Positions 27,897 through 38,544 of a stretch of DNA of 64,000 nucleotides are shown here, piece by piece. Position numbers and translations under genes: made by a program. Position 1 is the first letter of the stretch, and every line of letters begins with the position of its first letter. Under the pieces are notes generated by a model. It was not told the DNA's origin. It saw only the letters and a program-made list of their open reading frames with translations, and made no database searches. Location of the stretch: positions 1 through 64,000 of the forward strand of contig CBEVQO010000006.1 in assembly GCA_965552055.1 (NCBI GenBank), written 5' to 3'. Source of the DNA: an uncultured bacterium. GTDB lineage: Bacteria > Hydrothermota > UBA3073 > NMUJ01 > CBEVQO01.

Positions 27897-28894
27897 TGCA
27901 GATATGCATGCTACTATTCTGGGATGTAACGAAGGACCCGAGAGTTAGAAAAGAAAAAAATTCACTCGAAAAAGCAGGTCATACAATCGAAATAATAGAT
28001 AACAAAATTTCTAAAAACTTATTTTTGTTCAATCTTAAAGCTATTTTTTATGCGCTTAAATGTAATTGCGATGTTTACCATGCGCATGACCTTTTTACTC
28101 TTTTTCCATCGGCTTTGGCATCATTTTTTAAAAATAAAAAACTGGTTTATGATGCACATGAATTGGTGCCAGAGACAACTTATGGAATTAAAAAAATTAT
28201 ATTGAAAATTTTAGAAAAGATATTGATAAAAAGAGCAACAAAAATTATAGCATCAAATCGATTGATAGCAGAAGAAATTGAAAAAAGGTACAGAGTAAAA
28301 GATGTAAAAATAATCCCGAATTACACGGACTTTGAAGAAAAGTTTTGTGACCCCGAAGAAATTAGATTTGTCTATTATGGAACGATATCAAAAGACAGGA
28401 AGCCGGAGATTATTGTGAAGGCGATGCAAAATGTGAAATATGGGAAATTATACATAATAGGCGAAGGAGAGGCTATTCCTGATATTAAAAAATTAATAAA
28501 AAAATTGCATTTAGAAAATAAAGTAGAAATTAAAAAAAGAATGGAAAAGGAGAAATTAGCGGATTTTTTGTCAAAGTCCTATCTTGGTTTGATTATTTAT
28601 CCACCTTATCCTTACAACAATTATATCTCTTTACCCAACAAACTATTTGAATGCATCTGCTGTGGTCTCCCGGTTATAGCTTCTAAATTGCCACTAATAA
28701 GTGAAATAGTGCAGAATAAAGCAGGGCTTTTATGCGACCCTTTATCGCCCGATGATATCGTACAAAAAATAAATAAACTGGTTGAAGATAAAAATTTGTA
28801 CAGGAAATTCAAAGAAAATTTAAAAGATATGGCAAAACTTTACAGGTGGGATAAATGCGAAAAAGAACTAATCGAAATCTATCAAAACCTTTAA
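27896..28894 (+). CDS. Glycosyltransferase family 4
   Basis: DPRV.KE, YHAHD, VYDAHE, PNKLFE...GLPVIAS. Confidence 0.9.
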   Translation: MQICMLLFWDVTKDPRVRKEKNSLEKAGHTIEIIDNKISKNLFLFNLKAIFYALKCNCDVYHAHDLFTLFPSALASFFKNKKLVYDAHELVPETTYGIKKIILKILEKILIKRATKIIASNRLIAEEIEKRYRVKDVKIIPNYTDFEEKFCDPEEIRFVYYGTISKDRKPEIIVKAMQNVKYGKLYIIGEGEAIPDIKKLIKKLHLENKVEIKKRMEKEKLADFLSKSYLGLIIYPPYPYNNYISLPNKLFECICCGLPVIASKLPLISEIVQNKAGLLCDPLSPDDIVQKINKLVEDKNLYRKFKENLKDMAKLYRWDKCEKELIEIYQNL

Positions 28895-30051
28895 AAATAT
28901 TGTTTATCTCTTATTACTTCCCACCTATGGGAATGGGTGGAGTGATTTTCCCTTTAAAAATATGTAAATATTTAAAAAAAGAAGGAATAGAGCCAATAGT
29001 TATTACTGTGAAAGATATTTCGTATTATGCTTATGACTATTCACTGCTTTCTGAAATTGACTTTAAAGTTGTTAGGACAGAATCTTTAGACCCTTTACGC
29101 ATTTTTAAAAAATCAAAATTTGAAGAAATAAGAAGATTTTCGAAGTTTTCAAGATGGTTTATTCCTGATAATAAATTTTTATGGTTGCCTTTTGTAATTA
29201 TGCAATCATTACTCTATATTCGGGATGTAAAAGCAGTATTTGCGACTTCACCGCCTTACACAGCACTTTTAGCAGCGCTCATTTTAAAATTTCTTTTTAG
29301 AAAAAAAATAATTCTGGATTTCAGAGAAGCTTTCTGTGATGCACATTTTATGCAATTTCCTACAAAATTCCATAAATTTTTCTGTCAGTTACTTGAAAAA
29401 ATATTCATAAACTACGCAGATGTGATTTTTTGTGTAAATGTTTATGTTAAAAAGATTTTTGAAAGAAAGTATGGTAAAAAAGCATATATTTTGCCAACGG
29501 GATTTGACCCCGAAGATATTAAATATGAAGAATTAAACAAGAAATTTACAATTTTTTATCATGGTAGTTTATTAGAGAAAAGAAATCCAAAATATTTTTT
29601 TGATGCGGTTAGAGATTTGAAAGAATTTGATTTCGAAGTTAAAATTGCGGGTTATGTTTTACCTGAATATAAAAAAATGGCTCCAAAAAATGTTAAGTTT
29701 CTTTCTTATTTATCCCATAAAGAATCGATAAAAGAAATGATGAAATCCCATCTTTTGTGGCTACTTATTGGAAAAAATGAAGGAAAAGAAATGACAACGG
29801 GTAAAGTTTACGAATATCTTGCGTCAAATAAATCCATTCTTGCAACAGTACCCGATTGTGATGCTAAAAATTTATTGAGAAGTTTTGAAGGAGTAGAAAT
29901 CACAGAACCTGATGATAAGGAAAAAATAAAAGAAATTATAAAAAAATACTATCATGAATGGGAAAAAGGAAAAATACGATTTTTTAAAAGAAATGTAAGT
30001 GAATTTTCACACCCAGTTATTGTCCGGAAAATAATAAGCTTTTTGAAATGA
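28855..30051 (+). CDS. Glycosyltransferase family 4
   Basis: ISYYFPP.G.GG, TSPP, DFRE, GKVYEYLAS; exact start uncertain. Confidence 0.88.
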   Translation: MRKRTNRNLSKPLKILFISYYFPPMGMGGVIFPLKICKYLKKEGIEPIVITVKDISYYAYDYSLLSEIDFKVVRTESLDPLRIFKKSKFEEIRRFSKFSRWFIPDNKFLWLPFVIMQSLLYIRDVKAVFATSPPYTALLAALILKFLFRKKIILDFREAFCDAHFMQFPTKFHKFFCQLLEKIFINYADVIFCVNVYVKKIFERKYGKKAYILPTGFDPEDIKYEELNKKFTIFYHGSLLEKRNPKYFFDAVRDLKEFDFEVKIAGYVLPEYKKMAPKNVKFLSYLSHKESIKEMMKSHLLWLLIGKNEGKEMTTGKVYEYLASNKSILATVPDCDAKNLLRSFEGVEITEPDDKEKIKEIIKKYYHEWEKGKIRFFKRNVSEFSHPVIVRKIISFLK

Positions 30052-30977
30052 GATTATTAAGGAAGGCAGAAGCATATTTTTCGTGGATAACAGGGAAGAT
30101 AAAAAATATACCTTTGCCGGTGCATTTTCATATTGAATTGACAAATAAATGCAATTTGAGATGTAAATTTTGCCCTTATAGGGAAATCGAATTCACAAAT
30201 TTTGGTTTTATGGATTTAAAATTATTTGAAAAGATTTTAAGAGAAATAAAGGAGATACCCGAACCCGTAAAGGTTTCGCTACATCTTGGTGGAGAACCGC
30301 TTTTGCATCCTCAATTTGACTTGTTTATAGCGAAGATAAATGAAGAATTGAAAAAGATGCCAATGATGGCAACAAATGCAACTCTTTTAACGATAGATAA
30401 AATAAAAAAGATAAAAGAAGCAGGAGGAGCATGGCTTATGATTGTATTCTCCAAAAACAAGAAAAAATTCGAAGAATGGAGAAATGGAGCGAGCTGGGAA
30501 AGAGTAAAAGAAAATATAAAAAATGCTCTGATACATGGATTAAAAATTCATTTAAGTTGTTTTGATACTGCAGAAGAAGATATAAAGGAACTTTTTGGTG
30601 AATCTCCCAATTTGAGTTTTTCCTTTTTTAGGTTGCACAATGTAGGGGGACATTTTGCAGAAGTAATAGAAGACGAATTTGGTTTACATTTTGAGCGGAA
30701 AAGATATTTTCACTGTACTCATCCTTGGTTTGGGATGGCGGTTGCATGGGACGGTAAAGTGGTGTTATGTTGCAGAGATGTGTTACATCAACATATTCTC
30801 GGAGATATAAAAGAGCAAAATATAGAAGAAATATGGAATGGCGAAGAATTTCAAAAAGTGAGATATAATTTAAAAATAAGGAATCTGGATGAATTACCAT
30901 TGTGTAAAACCTGTTCGAGACCATGGGAAAAGAAAAATCAACCACTTTATATATTGAGGCATTACATTAAATTTTGA
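30048..30977 (+). CDS. Radical SAM/SPASM-twitch protein
   Basis: CNLRCKFC, GGEPLLHP, C..PW....WDG.V.LCC.D, LCKTC. Confidence 0.9.
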   Translation: MRLLRKAEAYFSWITGKIKNIPLPVHFHIELTNKCNLRCKFCPYREIEFTNFGFMDLKLFEKILREIKEIPEPVKVSLHLGGEPLLHPQFDLFIAKINEELKKMPMMATNATLLTIDKIKKIKEAGGAWLMIVFSKNKKKFEEWRNGASWERVKENIKNALIHGLKIHLSCFDTAEEDIKELFGESPNLSFSFFRLHNVGGHFAEVIEDEFGLHFERKRYFHCTHPWFGMAVAWDGKVVLCCRDVLHQHILGDIKEQNIEEIWNGEEFQKVRYNLKIRNLDELPLCKTCSRPWEKKNQPLYILRHYIKF

Positions 30978-31009
30978 TTGACAAACTTAAATTTTATTTA
31001 TAATAAAGG
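30978..31009 (+). promoter_or_regulatory. Promoter, leaderless arrangement
   Basis: TTGACA 30978-30983, N15, TATAAT 30999-31004, 5 nt, ATG 31010. Confidence 0.8.
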
Positions 31010-31387
31010 ATGAACGAAGAAGAGAAAAAGGTAACGATATTTTTGAGTATCTGTCTTATTATCGGAGCTATAATCTTATTTTTGAAAAACAGAAATCCAT
31101 ATTTTGCAATAGAAATTAAGTGTGATACGATTCCGAATTCTAAATTAAGACGGGAAATGAAGGCAAACATTTTTGAAGAGCAATATTATCAGGTAGATTT
31201 GAATACAGCGTCGATTGAGGAACTTATGAGATTACCGGGGATTGGCGAAAATACAGCGAAAAAGATAGTGGAATACAGGGAATTGCATGGTGGATTTAAA
31301 TCGGTAGATGAGTTACTGAAAGTCAAAGGGATAGGTAAGAAGAAATTTCAGATGATTAAAGATTTTGTAAAAGTGGGGTGGGAATGA
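31010..31387 (+). CDS. ComEA-like helix-hairpin-helix DNA-binding protein
   Basis: N-terminal TM; VDLNTAS.EEL..LPGIG...A.KIVEYR..HGGF.SVDEL..VKGIG. Confidence 0.9.
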   Translation: MNEEEKKVTIFLSICLIIGAIILFLKNRNPYFAIEIKCDTIPNSKLRREMKANIFEEQYYQVDLNTASIEELMRLPGIGENTAKKIVEYRELHGGFKSVDELLKVKGIGKKKFQMIKDFVKVGWE

Positions 31388-31632
31388 AGATAGTTTGCAG
31401 ATGTGAAGAAGTAACAGAGGAAGAAATAGTAGAATTGGTAAGGAAGGGCTATACGAGTATAGAGGCGATAAAACGCATTACTCGTGCAGGTATGGGGCAC
31501 TGTCAGGGTAGGACATGTCTTCGCCTTATAGCGCAGATAATAGCAAGAGAAACAGGTAAGAAAATGGAAGAAATGGACTTTCCTTGTGCGCGTCCACCTG
31601 TAAAGCCAATTCCATTGAAGGCGTTAAAATAA
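31384..31632 (+). CDS. BFD-like (2Fe-2S) binding protein
   Basis: IVCRCEEVT...[13 protein letters not shown]...RPP..P. Confidence 0.9.
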   Translation: MKIVCRCEEVTEEEIVELVRKGYTSIEAIKRITRAGMGHCQGRTCLRLIAQIIARETGKKMEEMDFPCARPPVKPIPLKALK

Positions 31633-32402
31633 TGGGTATTCCTGTGAAAAATACGATAATTTATGGACCTGTACCTTCAAGAAGGTTGGGGCGTTCACTC
31701 GGTATAAATCTTTTATCAAAGACGAAAAAAGTTTGCACATTTGATTGTATTTACTGTCAGTATGGAAGGACATCAAAGGAAAAAGAATTTGCGGAATTTG
31801 AAGAAGTCATAGAAGAAGTCAAAAAAGCACTTGAGACCTATAAAGAGATAGATTATCTCACATATTCTGGAAACGGAGAGCCAACCTATCATCCACAGTT
31901 TTATGAAATTGCAAAGGAAATAAAGAAATTGCGTGACGAAATTAGACCGGATGTCCCGATAGCATTACTTACAAATTCAACGGGTGTTATCCATGATAAG
32001 GTTAAAAAAGCAATAATTGAGTTTATAGATGTCCCTATTTTTAAAATTGATTGTTCAAATGAAGAAGATTTTAAGAAAATAAATTGTCCTGTGATAGATA
32101 TAAAATTTATAGATATTATTAACGGGATAAAGGAACTACGCAGATTTCTGGATAAACTTTATATTCAATCTTTGTTTATAAAAGGCAAAGTTTCGAATTT
32201 TACGGATGATAGTTTAAATGAATGGTACAGAATAATGCGAGATATAAAGCCTGATTTTGTGCAGGTTTATTCACTTGATAGACCTTTTGATGCTAAAGGT
32301 ATAGAAGAAGTATCAATTGACGAATTGAAAACTATTTCCCGTCGTTTGAACAATTATGGTATAAATGCAAAAGCATATGGAAGGCGTAATTCTCAGGGAT
32401 AA
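31632..32402 (+). CDS. Radical SAM protein (TYW1-related family)
   Basis: YGPVPSRRLGRSLGINL, CTFDCIYC, SGNGEPT. Confidence 0.9.
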   Translation: MGIPVKNTIIYGPVPSRRLGRSLGINLLSKTKKVCTFDCIYCQYGRTSKEKEFAEFEEVIEEVKKALETYKEIDYLTYSGNGEPTYHPQFYEIAKEIKKLRDEIRPDVPIALLTNSTGVIHDKVKKAIIEFIDVPIFKIDCSNEEDFKKINCPVIDIKFIDIINGIKELRRFLDKLYIQSLFIKGKVSNFTDDSLNEWYRIMRDIKPDFVQVYSLDRPFDAKGIEEVSIDELKTISRRLNNYGINAKAYGRRNSQG

Positions 32403-33657
32403 AATTATTGCGAGAATTTTTTCATTTTTTATAATAGTGAGTTCGATTTCATTGTGTATCTATAATAAATTTTTGAAACCAGTGGGATATGAGTATGAAA
32501 TTATTGCTTTAAATCTACTGAATAACAGGGGTTACAGTGGTGCTTTTTTGACAAATAGACCTGAGCCAACTGCTTTCATGTGCCCTTTTTATCCATTTTT
32601 ATTATATTTGAACTTTAAATTATTTGGTAAAAATAATTACTTATTTATTCAAATTTTACAGACCGTTTTGATTGCGATGATACCTGTTCTGGTCTTTCTA
32701 ACATTTCGCCTACTTTATCGTAAAAACAATTTCTGGATTTTGGTGATGTTCTTGCTTGATTTTCCGTATTTTCTTTTCAGTGGATATATAGGGGTTCCTG
32801 TATTGCTTTCGTTTTTAATTGCTTTAACTATTTTTCTGACTGCAAAGTTATCGCTGGAATCCTCACCTAAATTGCAGGTATTAATGGGCATCATAGGTGG
32901 ATTGGGTTTGCTTACCGACCCTGTTTTTTTATTAACTCTTGTTCCGTGTCTCATTTATCTATTTATAAAGATGAAAGAAAAATGGAGAATAAGCATTCCT
33001 GTTATTTTAATACTGATAATAATATTTCCATGGCTTTATCGCAATTATAATTTGTTTAACGCAATTATTCTAAAAAATCAGGCGGGTCTTAATTTATTTC
33101 TCGGTAATAATCCCTATGCAACAGGTGGAATATACGATAAGGAGGGAGATGGTTATCCTTTAACGGTGAAGAAATGCCTGAAAGAAGATACCCTTGAATT
33201 TTATAAATTAAATGAGTATCAGAGAGACCGTATGCTATACAAATTTGCTCTTAAGTACATTAAAGAGACGCTGAGAAATGAACCTTTGAAATATTTTTCT
33301 TTAAAATTAAATTGCCTTTTAAGTTACTGGTGCGGGAATGCTTGGAGAATTAGATATGAGGAGATATTAAAGAGTAGAGGTATATCACCATCATTTAAGA
33401 AATTCTTTTTATTAGTATTGCTTTCTTCGATTTTGCTTTTTATCACAATGGTGATAGGAATAGTGAAGCGGGATTCAGTGGAATTTAAATGGCTTCTTTT
33501 GAGTATCATTATTTTAAATATGGGTCTTTATACTTTGACGCATGGTCATACATTTACGAGATACAGAATGTATATTGATTCCATCATAATAATTTTTTGT
33601 GCCCAGGGTATGTCTTTTCTTTGTGGATGGTTAAAAAGGAGGGGAGATGTTTATTAA
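32365..33657 (+). CDS. Multi-pass GT-C fold glycosyltransferase (ArnT/GT39-like)
   Basis: PTAF..P.YP, PW..RNY, G.NLFLGNNP.ATG, RYR. Confidence 0.75.
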   Translation: MQKHMEGVILRDKIIARIFSFFIIVSSISLCIYNKFLKPVGYEYEIIALNLLNNRGYSGAFLTNRPEPTAFMCPFYPFLLYLNFKLFGKNNYLFIQILQTVLIAMIPVLVFLTFRLLYRKNNFWILVMFLLDFPYFLFSGYIGVPVLLSFLIALTIFLTAKLSLESSPKLQVLMGIIGGLGLLTDPVFLLTLVPCLIYLFIKMKEKWRISIPVILILIIIFPWLYRNYNLFNAIILKNQAGLNLFLGNNPYATGGIYDKEGDGYPLTVKKCLKEDTLEFYKLNEYQRDRMLYKFALKYIKETLRNEPLKYFSLKLNCLLSYWCGNAWRIRYEEILKSRGISPSFKKFFLLVLLSSILLFITMVIGIVKRDSVEFKWLLLSIIILNMGLYTLTHGHTFTRYRMYIDSIIIIFCAQGMSFLCGWLKRRGDVY

Positions 33658-34798
33658 ATATGAGTTAAGTGAAGAGCAGAAAGAACTGGTAGACCTGGTA
33701 AAAAGGATTTGTGAAGAAAAAATAAAAGATAGGGTAAGGGAGCTCGATGAGAAAGGCGAATTTCCCCATGATATAATAAAAGAATTAGCGAGAGCAGATT
33801 TATTCCGGATATTTATTCCAGAAGAATACGATGGGCTTTCAATGGGAACTTTTGAATTGTGCCTTGTAGTAGAGGAGTTATCAAAGGTAGAACCCGGTAT
33901 TGCTACTACTTACGCTGCTAATGCACTTGCATCCACACCAATTATCCTTTTTGGAACAGAAGAGCAAAAGAAGAAATATTTGCCACAAATAGCATCGGGT
34001 GAGAAACTTGCTGCTTTTGCGCTCACAGAGCCAGAAGCGGGCTCTGATGTAAGCGGTATTAAAACGCGTGCAGAAAAACAGGGTGATTCTTATATTTTGA
34101 ATGGAGTAAAGCAATGGGTGACAAATGGTGGTGAGGCTGATATTTATGTTGTGTTTGCCTTGACTTCACCGGAAAAGGGTGCAAGGGGTATGAGTGCCTT
34201 TATAATTGAGAAAAATTGGGAAGGCGTATCTTTTGGCAAAAAAGAAGATAAAATGGGTATAAGGACATCTGCTACAAGGGAGATGATTCTTAACGATGTA
34301 AAAGTGCCGAAAGAGAATTTACTTGGAAGAGAAGGCATGGGCTTTATAATAGCGATGCGCACATTTGAACGCACAAGGATAGGTGTTGGTGCACAGGCAG
34401 TAGGCATTGCTGAATCTGCTTTTAAGCATGCTGTTAAATTTGCGAAAGAAAGGCATCAATTTGGCAAATCGATATCCTCTTTTGAGGGAATACAATTCAT
34501 GCTGGCTGAGATGGCAACGAAAATAGAGAGCGCAAAAGCACTTGTTTACAATGTTGCAAAATATATAGATAGCGGAGCAAAGGACATAGCTACACCTTCT
34601 GCTATGGCTAAGTTATATGCGTCAAATGTGGCAATGGAGGTAACCACACAAGCCGTACAAATAATGGGAGGATACGGATATATGAAAGATTATCCCGTTG
34701 AAAAATTAATGCGCGATGCAAAGATAACACAGATATATGAAGGCACAAATGAAATCCAAAAGCTCGTAATTTCAGCCGATGTATTAAAAAAGATTTAA
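33647..34798 (+). CDS. Acyl-CoA dehydrogenase
   Basis: AFALTEPEAGSD, KMGIR.S, RDAKITQIYEGTNEIQ. Confidence 0.96.
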   Translation: MFIKYELSEEQKELVDLVKRICEEKIKDRVRELDEKGEFPHDIIKELARADLFRIFIPEEYDGLSMGTFELCLVVEELSKVEPGIATTYAANALASTPIILFGTEEQKKKYLPQIASGEKLAAFALTEPEAGSDVSGIKTRAEKQGDSYILNGVKQWVTNGGEADIYVVFALTSPEKGARGMSAFIIEKNWEGVSFGKKEDKMGIRTSATREMILNDVKVPKENLLGREGMGFIIAMRTFERTRIGVGAQAVGIAESAFKHAVKFAKERHQFGKSISSFEGIQFMLAEMATKIESAKALVYNVAKYIDSGAKDIATPSAMAKLYASNVAMEVTTQAVQIMGGYGYMKDYPVEKLMRDAKITQIYEGTNEIQKLVISADVLKKI

Positions 34799-36124
34799 TT
34801 ATCTTTGTTCTTCAATCTTTAATCTTTCTTCTGCTCTTTCTCTGTATTCCTTTATTTTCGAATAAAGATTTTTGGCTTTCTCAAAGTATTGTGTGCTATC
34901 GGGGTGTATCAGGCATCCATCTTTTCCTATGATTTCAATTACCCTGTCCCATAGCTGTATTGCTTCTTTAAATTCATCCTTAGCATAAGCTCTAACTGCC
35001 TCGGTATGCAAACTATCTGCTAAATTCATTCTTTGTGGCAAGAAATAGCCCAGAAATTTATTTATTTCTTTGTTCTTTGGATATTTTTCGTAATATCTTC
35101 CCAGAGTTTCGCAGAATTTCTGAAGGTCATCGGGTTTCTTTGAATTTTCATAATCTTTTAATCTTATTTTTAGTTCGGTTAAATCGATTTTTTCTATTTT
35201 CTTTTTCTTATGTTTTGGCTTGGGTTTTGGCTTTGGTTTTGGTCTGATATAAACCGGTTTTTCTTTTACTACTACTGCTGTTTCTACCACTACTTTTTCA
35301 ATTCTGTGGATTATGAACCAGCTTAAAGCTATCCCTGCACGCGGATAATAATAGTCGGAATTTACGGCATTGGCGAAGCCCATTCTTAATCTCCTTTCTT
35401 TTAAATTTTTCATCTTAAGCATCAGAAAACCAGAGAAATCAAGGTCTATATTTAATTTTGTGAAAAAGTCGCCTGAAGGAGATTTTAAAATTTCAAGAGT
35501 CGTATATTGATAAATTCTTAATGGCTGGGTCATTAGTTTTGATTTTACACCGAAGTGTAAAATGCCAAAAGGCTTATTCTTTTCATTTTCACATATTCTG
35601 TAGCCTATTTTACCTCCTATGGATAAAGAGTATCCGAGTTGATAAAAATAATCATAGGATAAACCAAGGATAAATAAATGGGTTTTGCCGAGCCTATCGA
35701 CATCGAGATTAAAGTATCCGAATTCGTTTTTAAGGTCACCTGAAGGATAGCCTACTTCTGTGTGCAGTAAACCTCCCTTACACCAGTTAGAGTAAGCTAT
35801 ATCCATTTTCGCAGAGGTTAAACCTGGAAATCGCAAAGAGCCTATGGATAGCCATAAGGTGCTTTTGGGTGGTAGAGGACTGGCTTTTTTTCCTCTCATC
35901 CAGCTATATTTGGTACCAAAAACTATTTGCTCATAGTTTAAGCCGAGTAAAAATTCAGCCTCCAGATTTTGCATATTACTCCTGTAATCGCAGCTATCGT
36001 ATAATCCTGTATAGAGAAATCTGAAGTCAGTAAGTCGATTTAGCCACAATCTTCCTCTGATCGCTTCATAGCAGTAAGCGTCTCCAAACAACATTAACGC
36101 AACTAAAATGACTATTCTACGCAT
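34799..36124 (-). CDS. Hypothetical exported protein with (PK)n linker and C-terminal TPR-like helices
   Basis: Signal peptide, beta-rich N-half, RPKPKPKPKPK, A..AY...F.EAI..W..V. Confidence 0.65.
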   Translation of the reverse strand: MRRIVILVALMLFGDAYCYEAIRGRLWLNRLTDFRFLYTGLYDSCDYRSNMQNLEAEFLLGLNYEQIVFGTKYSWMRGKKASPLPPKSTLWLSIGSLRFPGLTSAKMDIAYSNWCKGGLLHTEVGYPSGDLKNEFGYFNLDVDRLGKTHLFILGLSYDYFYQLGYSLSIGGKIGYRICENEKNKPFGILHFGVKSKLMTQPLRIYQYTTLEILKSPSGDFFTKLNIDLDFSGFLMLKMKNLKERRLRMGFANAVNSDYYYPRAGIALSWFIIHRIEKVVVETAVVVKEKPVYIRPKPKPKPKPKHKKKKIEKIDLTELKIRLKDYENSKKPDDLQKFCETLGRYYEKYPKNKEINKFLGYFLPQRMNLADSLHTEAVRAYAKDEFKEAIQLWDRVIEIIGKDGCLIHPDSTQYFEKAKNLYSKIKEYRERAEERLKIEEQR

Positions 36125-37067
36125 AGCTCCTCCTTTTACTTTGTTTATCCAGAAATTTTAAGAAAGCGATGTAAGATTGAGAGCCTGTTCTTATTTCTTT
36201 TTCCATATCATAAAGCATGCAAATGACATTTAATAAATCTTTCAGCATCATTCCTTCTGTAAGTGTTCGTCCAAACCATGAAGGCTCTTGTTTACCAAGC
36301 AAATAATTTAAGCCATCGAGATACCATCTTTTAACTTTTATAGTAATCTCCTCTGCCTTTTTACCGCTTTCATGAAGATTATGCACTATTTTAAAGGATT
36401 GTTCAAAGTCCCCTTTTTTCAAGGATTCTGCCAATGCAAATAAGCTTTTTGTTCCTTCAAAAAGTGGCACATTCTCCCAGTCTTTAATCTGGATTTTTCT
36501 ATCGGGATAAAAATGCAAGCGCAATATATCGAGGGTTGATTCAATCATTCCGATATCTGTTCCAACGATTTCTATGAGTTTTTTCATCGTAGTATTATCT
36601 ATTGAGATTCTCTTTTTTTTGGCGATTCTGCGCATAATTTCCATTGCTTCATTCAATCGCAAGTCCCAGCATTTGCAAAATAGCATTTTATCGCCCTCTA
36701 TCGTTAAATTCTTACGCGGATTAATGAACGCAGTTAATATCAAAATTATCCCTTTTAATGGCTTTTTTAATTGCTCAGCCACAATTTTGATTAAATTTTC
36801 CGAAAGTTTGTGAAACTCGCGCAAAATTATCAGATGACAATCAGCACCCATCGGAATACTTTTTAAAGTTTGGGTAAACTTATCCACTTCTATTTTTTCA
36901 TCACAATAAACTATTGTTTTATGCACTTTCTTTAATGTTCTCAATTTGTTTTCAATTTCTTTTATCAAAAATTGAATCAAAGAGTAATTTTCACCCATAA
37001 GGAGATAGGATGGACGAATTTTTCCCATATCAATTTCCTGCAAAATTGTCTGAAATTTAACTTCCAT
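36117..37067 (-). CDS. holA: DNA polymerase III delta subunit
   Basis: P.YLL.GE start, ~316 aa, .E..I.TG near C-terminus; divergent. Confidence 0.75.
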   Translation of the reverse strand: MEVKFQTILQEIDMGKIRPSYLLMGENYSLIQFLIKEIENKLRTLKKVHKTIVYCDEKIEVDKFTQTLKSIPMGADCHLIILREFHKLSENLIKIVAEQLKKPLKGIILILTAFINPRKNLTIEGDKMLFCKCWDLRLNEAMEIMRRIAKKKRISIDNTTMKKLIEIVGTDIGMIESTLDILRLHFYPDRKIQIKDWENVPLFEGTKSLFALAESLKKGDFEQSFKIVHNLHESGKKAEEITIKVKRWYLDGLNYLLGKQEPSWFGRTLTEGMMLKDLLNVICMLYDMEKEIRTGSQSYIAFLKFLDKQSKRRSYA

Positions 37068-37695
37068 GTTTTTTACAGATTGCCAATAATTTTTCGACTT
37101 CCGGTATGAGTGTGCTCTCCGGGAATTCTCTTTTTACGCTTTCGAGATAGATTTCCGCTGCTTTCCATTTTTTCTGCTTCATATAGAATTTTGCTGTTAT
37201 AATTTCTTTTTTCGCAAGTTTGTTGATGCATTTTATCCTGTATTTCTTTGCATCTTCCACATATTTACTTTCTGGATATTTTTCTATGAATTTTTCAAAC
37301 ATTCTCAATGCTTTCTTTGTTAAAGACTGGTCGAGATTGACATTTGGTGACATTTTGTAATAACATACAGCGAGCTCAAATTCGGCGTCATCAGCATATT
37401 TGCTTCTTGAAAAATGTTCCAGAAAAAATTCATATTCAGAGGATGCTTTTTTGTATTGTTTCATCATAAAATAAGATTTCGCAAGATAATATTCTACAAC
37501 ATCCATTTGTGATTTACCGGCAGATTCATAAATAAGTTCTTCAAATATTTTCGCTGCCTTTTTGTATTTCTTTTCTTTAAAATAACTGCAACCAAGTTCG
37601 AATTTGTCCTCATAGCTCATTTCTATTCTTTTGACTTTTCTGTGGCATGCGGATATTAGAAATAATATCAGAATTAAATTTATTTTTCGCATCAT
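37057..37695 (-). CDS. bamD: Outer membrane protein assembly factor BamD
   Basis: Lipobox ISAC, TPRs, SP...LDQ..T..A...F..FI..YP.S.Y, LA.KE...A.FY. Confidence 0.88.
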   Translation of the reverse strand: MMRKINLILILFLISACHRKVKRIEMSYEDKFELGCSYFKEKKYKKAAKIFEELIYESAGKSQMDVVEYYLAKSYFMMKQYKKASSEYEFFLEHFSRSKYADDAEFELAVCYYKMSPNVNLDQSLTKKALRMFEKFIEKYPESKYVEDAKKYRIKCINKLAKKEIITAKFYMKQKKWKAAEIYLESVKREFPESTLIPEVEKLLAICKKHGS

Positions 37696-38525
37696 AATTT
37701 AGCAACTGCTTTTTCAATCAGGCGTGTCATAAGTGGTTCTGCTTTTTCTGCTGCTTCTATAACTACTTCGTGGGAAACAGGCTCAAGTGCATCTGGTAAT
37801 CCCATATCTGTAATTATCGAAATTCCCATTACTTTCATTCCCATCTGGCGAGCGACGATTACTTCGGGTACTGTTGACATACCTACGGCATCTGCACCTA
37901 TTGCTCGTAAAAAGCGATATTCAGCTGCTGTCTCAAAATTCGGTCCCTGCACAGCTACATACACTCCCTTTTTAACAGGGATTTTCTCCTCAAGAGCAGT
38001 TTCTTCAAGTAATTTTACTAACTCTTTATCATAACAGTTATACATGTCAACGAAACGCGGTCCAAAAACTCCATCAGGTTCTCCTCTCAAAGGATTATCT
38101 GGTTGTAGATTTATATGGTCAACTATTATCATTACATCACCGCGTTTGAAAAGGGGATTTAACCCTCCTGCAGCGTTTGAAACGATTAATATTTTGGCAC
38201 CAAGATATTTCATAACCCTGACAGGGAAAGTTATTTCCTTTGCAGAATATCCCTCGTAATAATGGAAGCGTCCCTGCATTGCTACGATTTTTTTACCCGA
38301 CAGATAGCCAAAAATCAGTCTGCCTTCGTGACTTAACACCGTTGCCTTCGGGAAATGCGGTATTTCTTCATAAGGTATAACAATCTCCTTCTGAATGCTC
38401 TCAACGAGTTTACCGAGTCCCGTACCCAGAATGATTGCAATTTCCGGCTCAAAAGCTGTCTTTTCCCTTATTTTGGCAACTGCTTCCTCTACTTTTTGCT
38501 TTGTATCACTCATTTTTACCTCCAT
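37692..38525 (-). CDS. punA: Purine nucleoside phosphorylase (trimeric family 2)
   Basis: IILGTGLG, GRFHYYEGY, GPNFET.AE, GADAVGMSTVPE. Confidence 0.95.
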   Translation of the reverse strand: MEVKMSDTKQKVEEAVAKIREKTAFEPEIAIILGTGLGKLVESIQKEIVIPYEEIPHFPKATVLSHEGRLIFGYLSGKKIVAMQGRFHYYEGYSAKEITFPVRVMKYLGAKILIVSNAAGGLNPLFKRGDVMIIVDHINLQPDNPLRGEPDGVFGPRFVDMYNCYDKELVKLLEETALEEKIPVKKGVYVAVQGPNFETAAEYRFLRAIGADAVGMSTVPEVIVARQMGMKVMGISIITDMGLPDALEPVSHEVVIEAAEKAEPLMTRLIEKAVAKL

Positions 38526-38544
38526 TCTTCATCTTACACCCATA

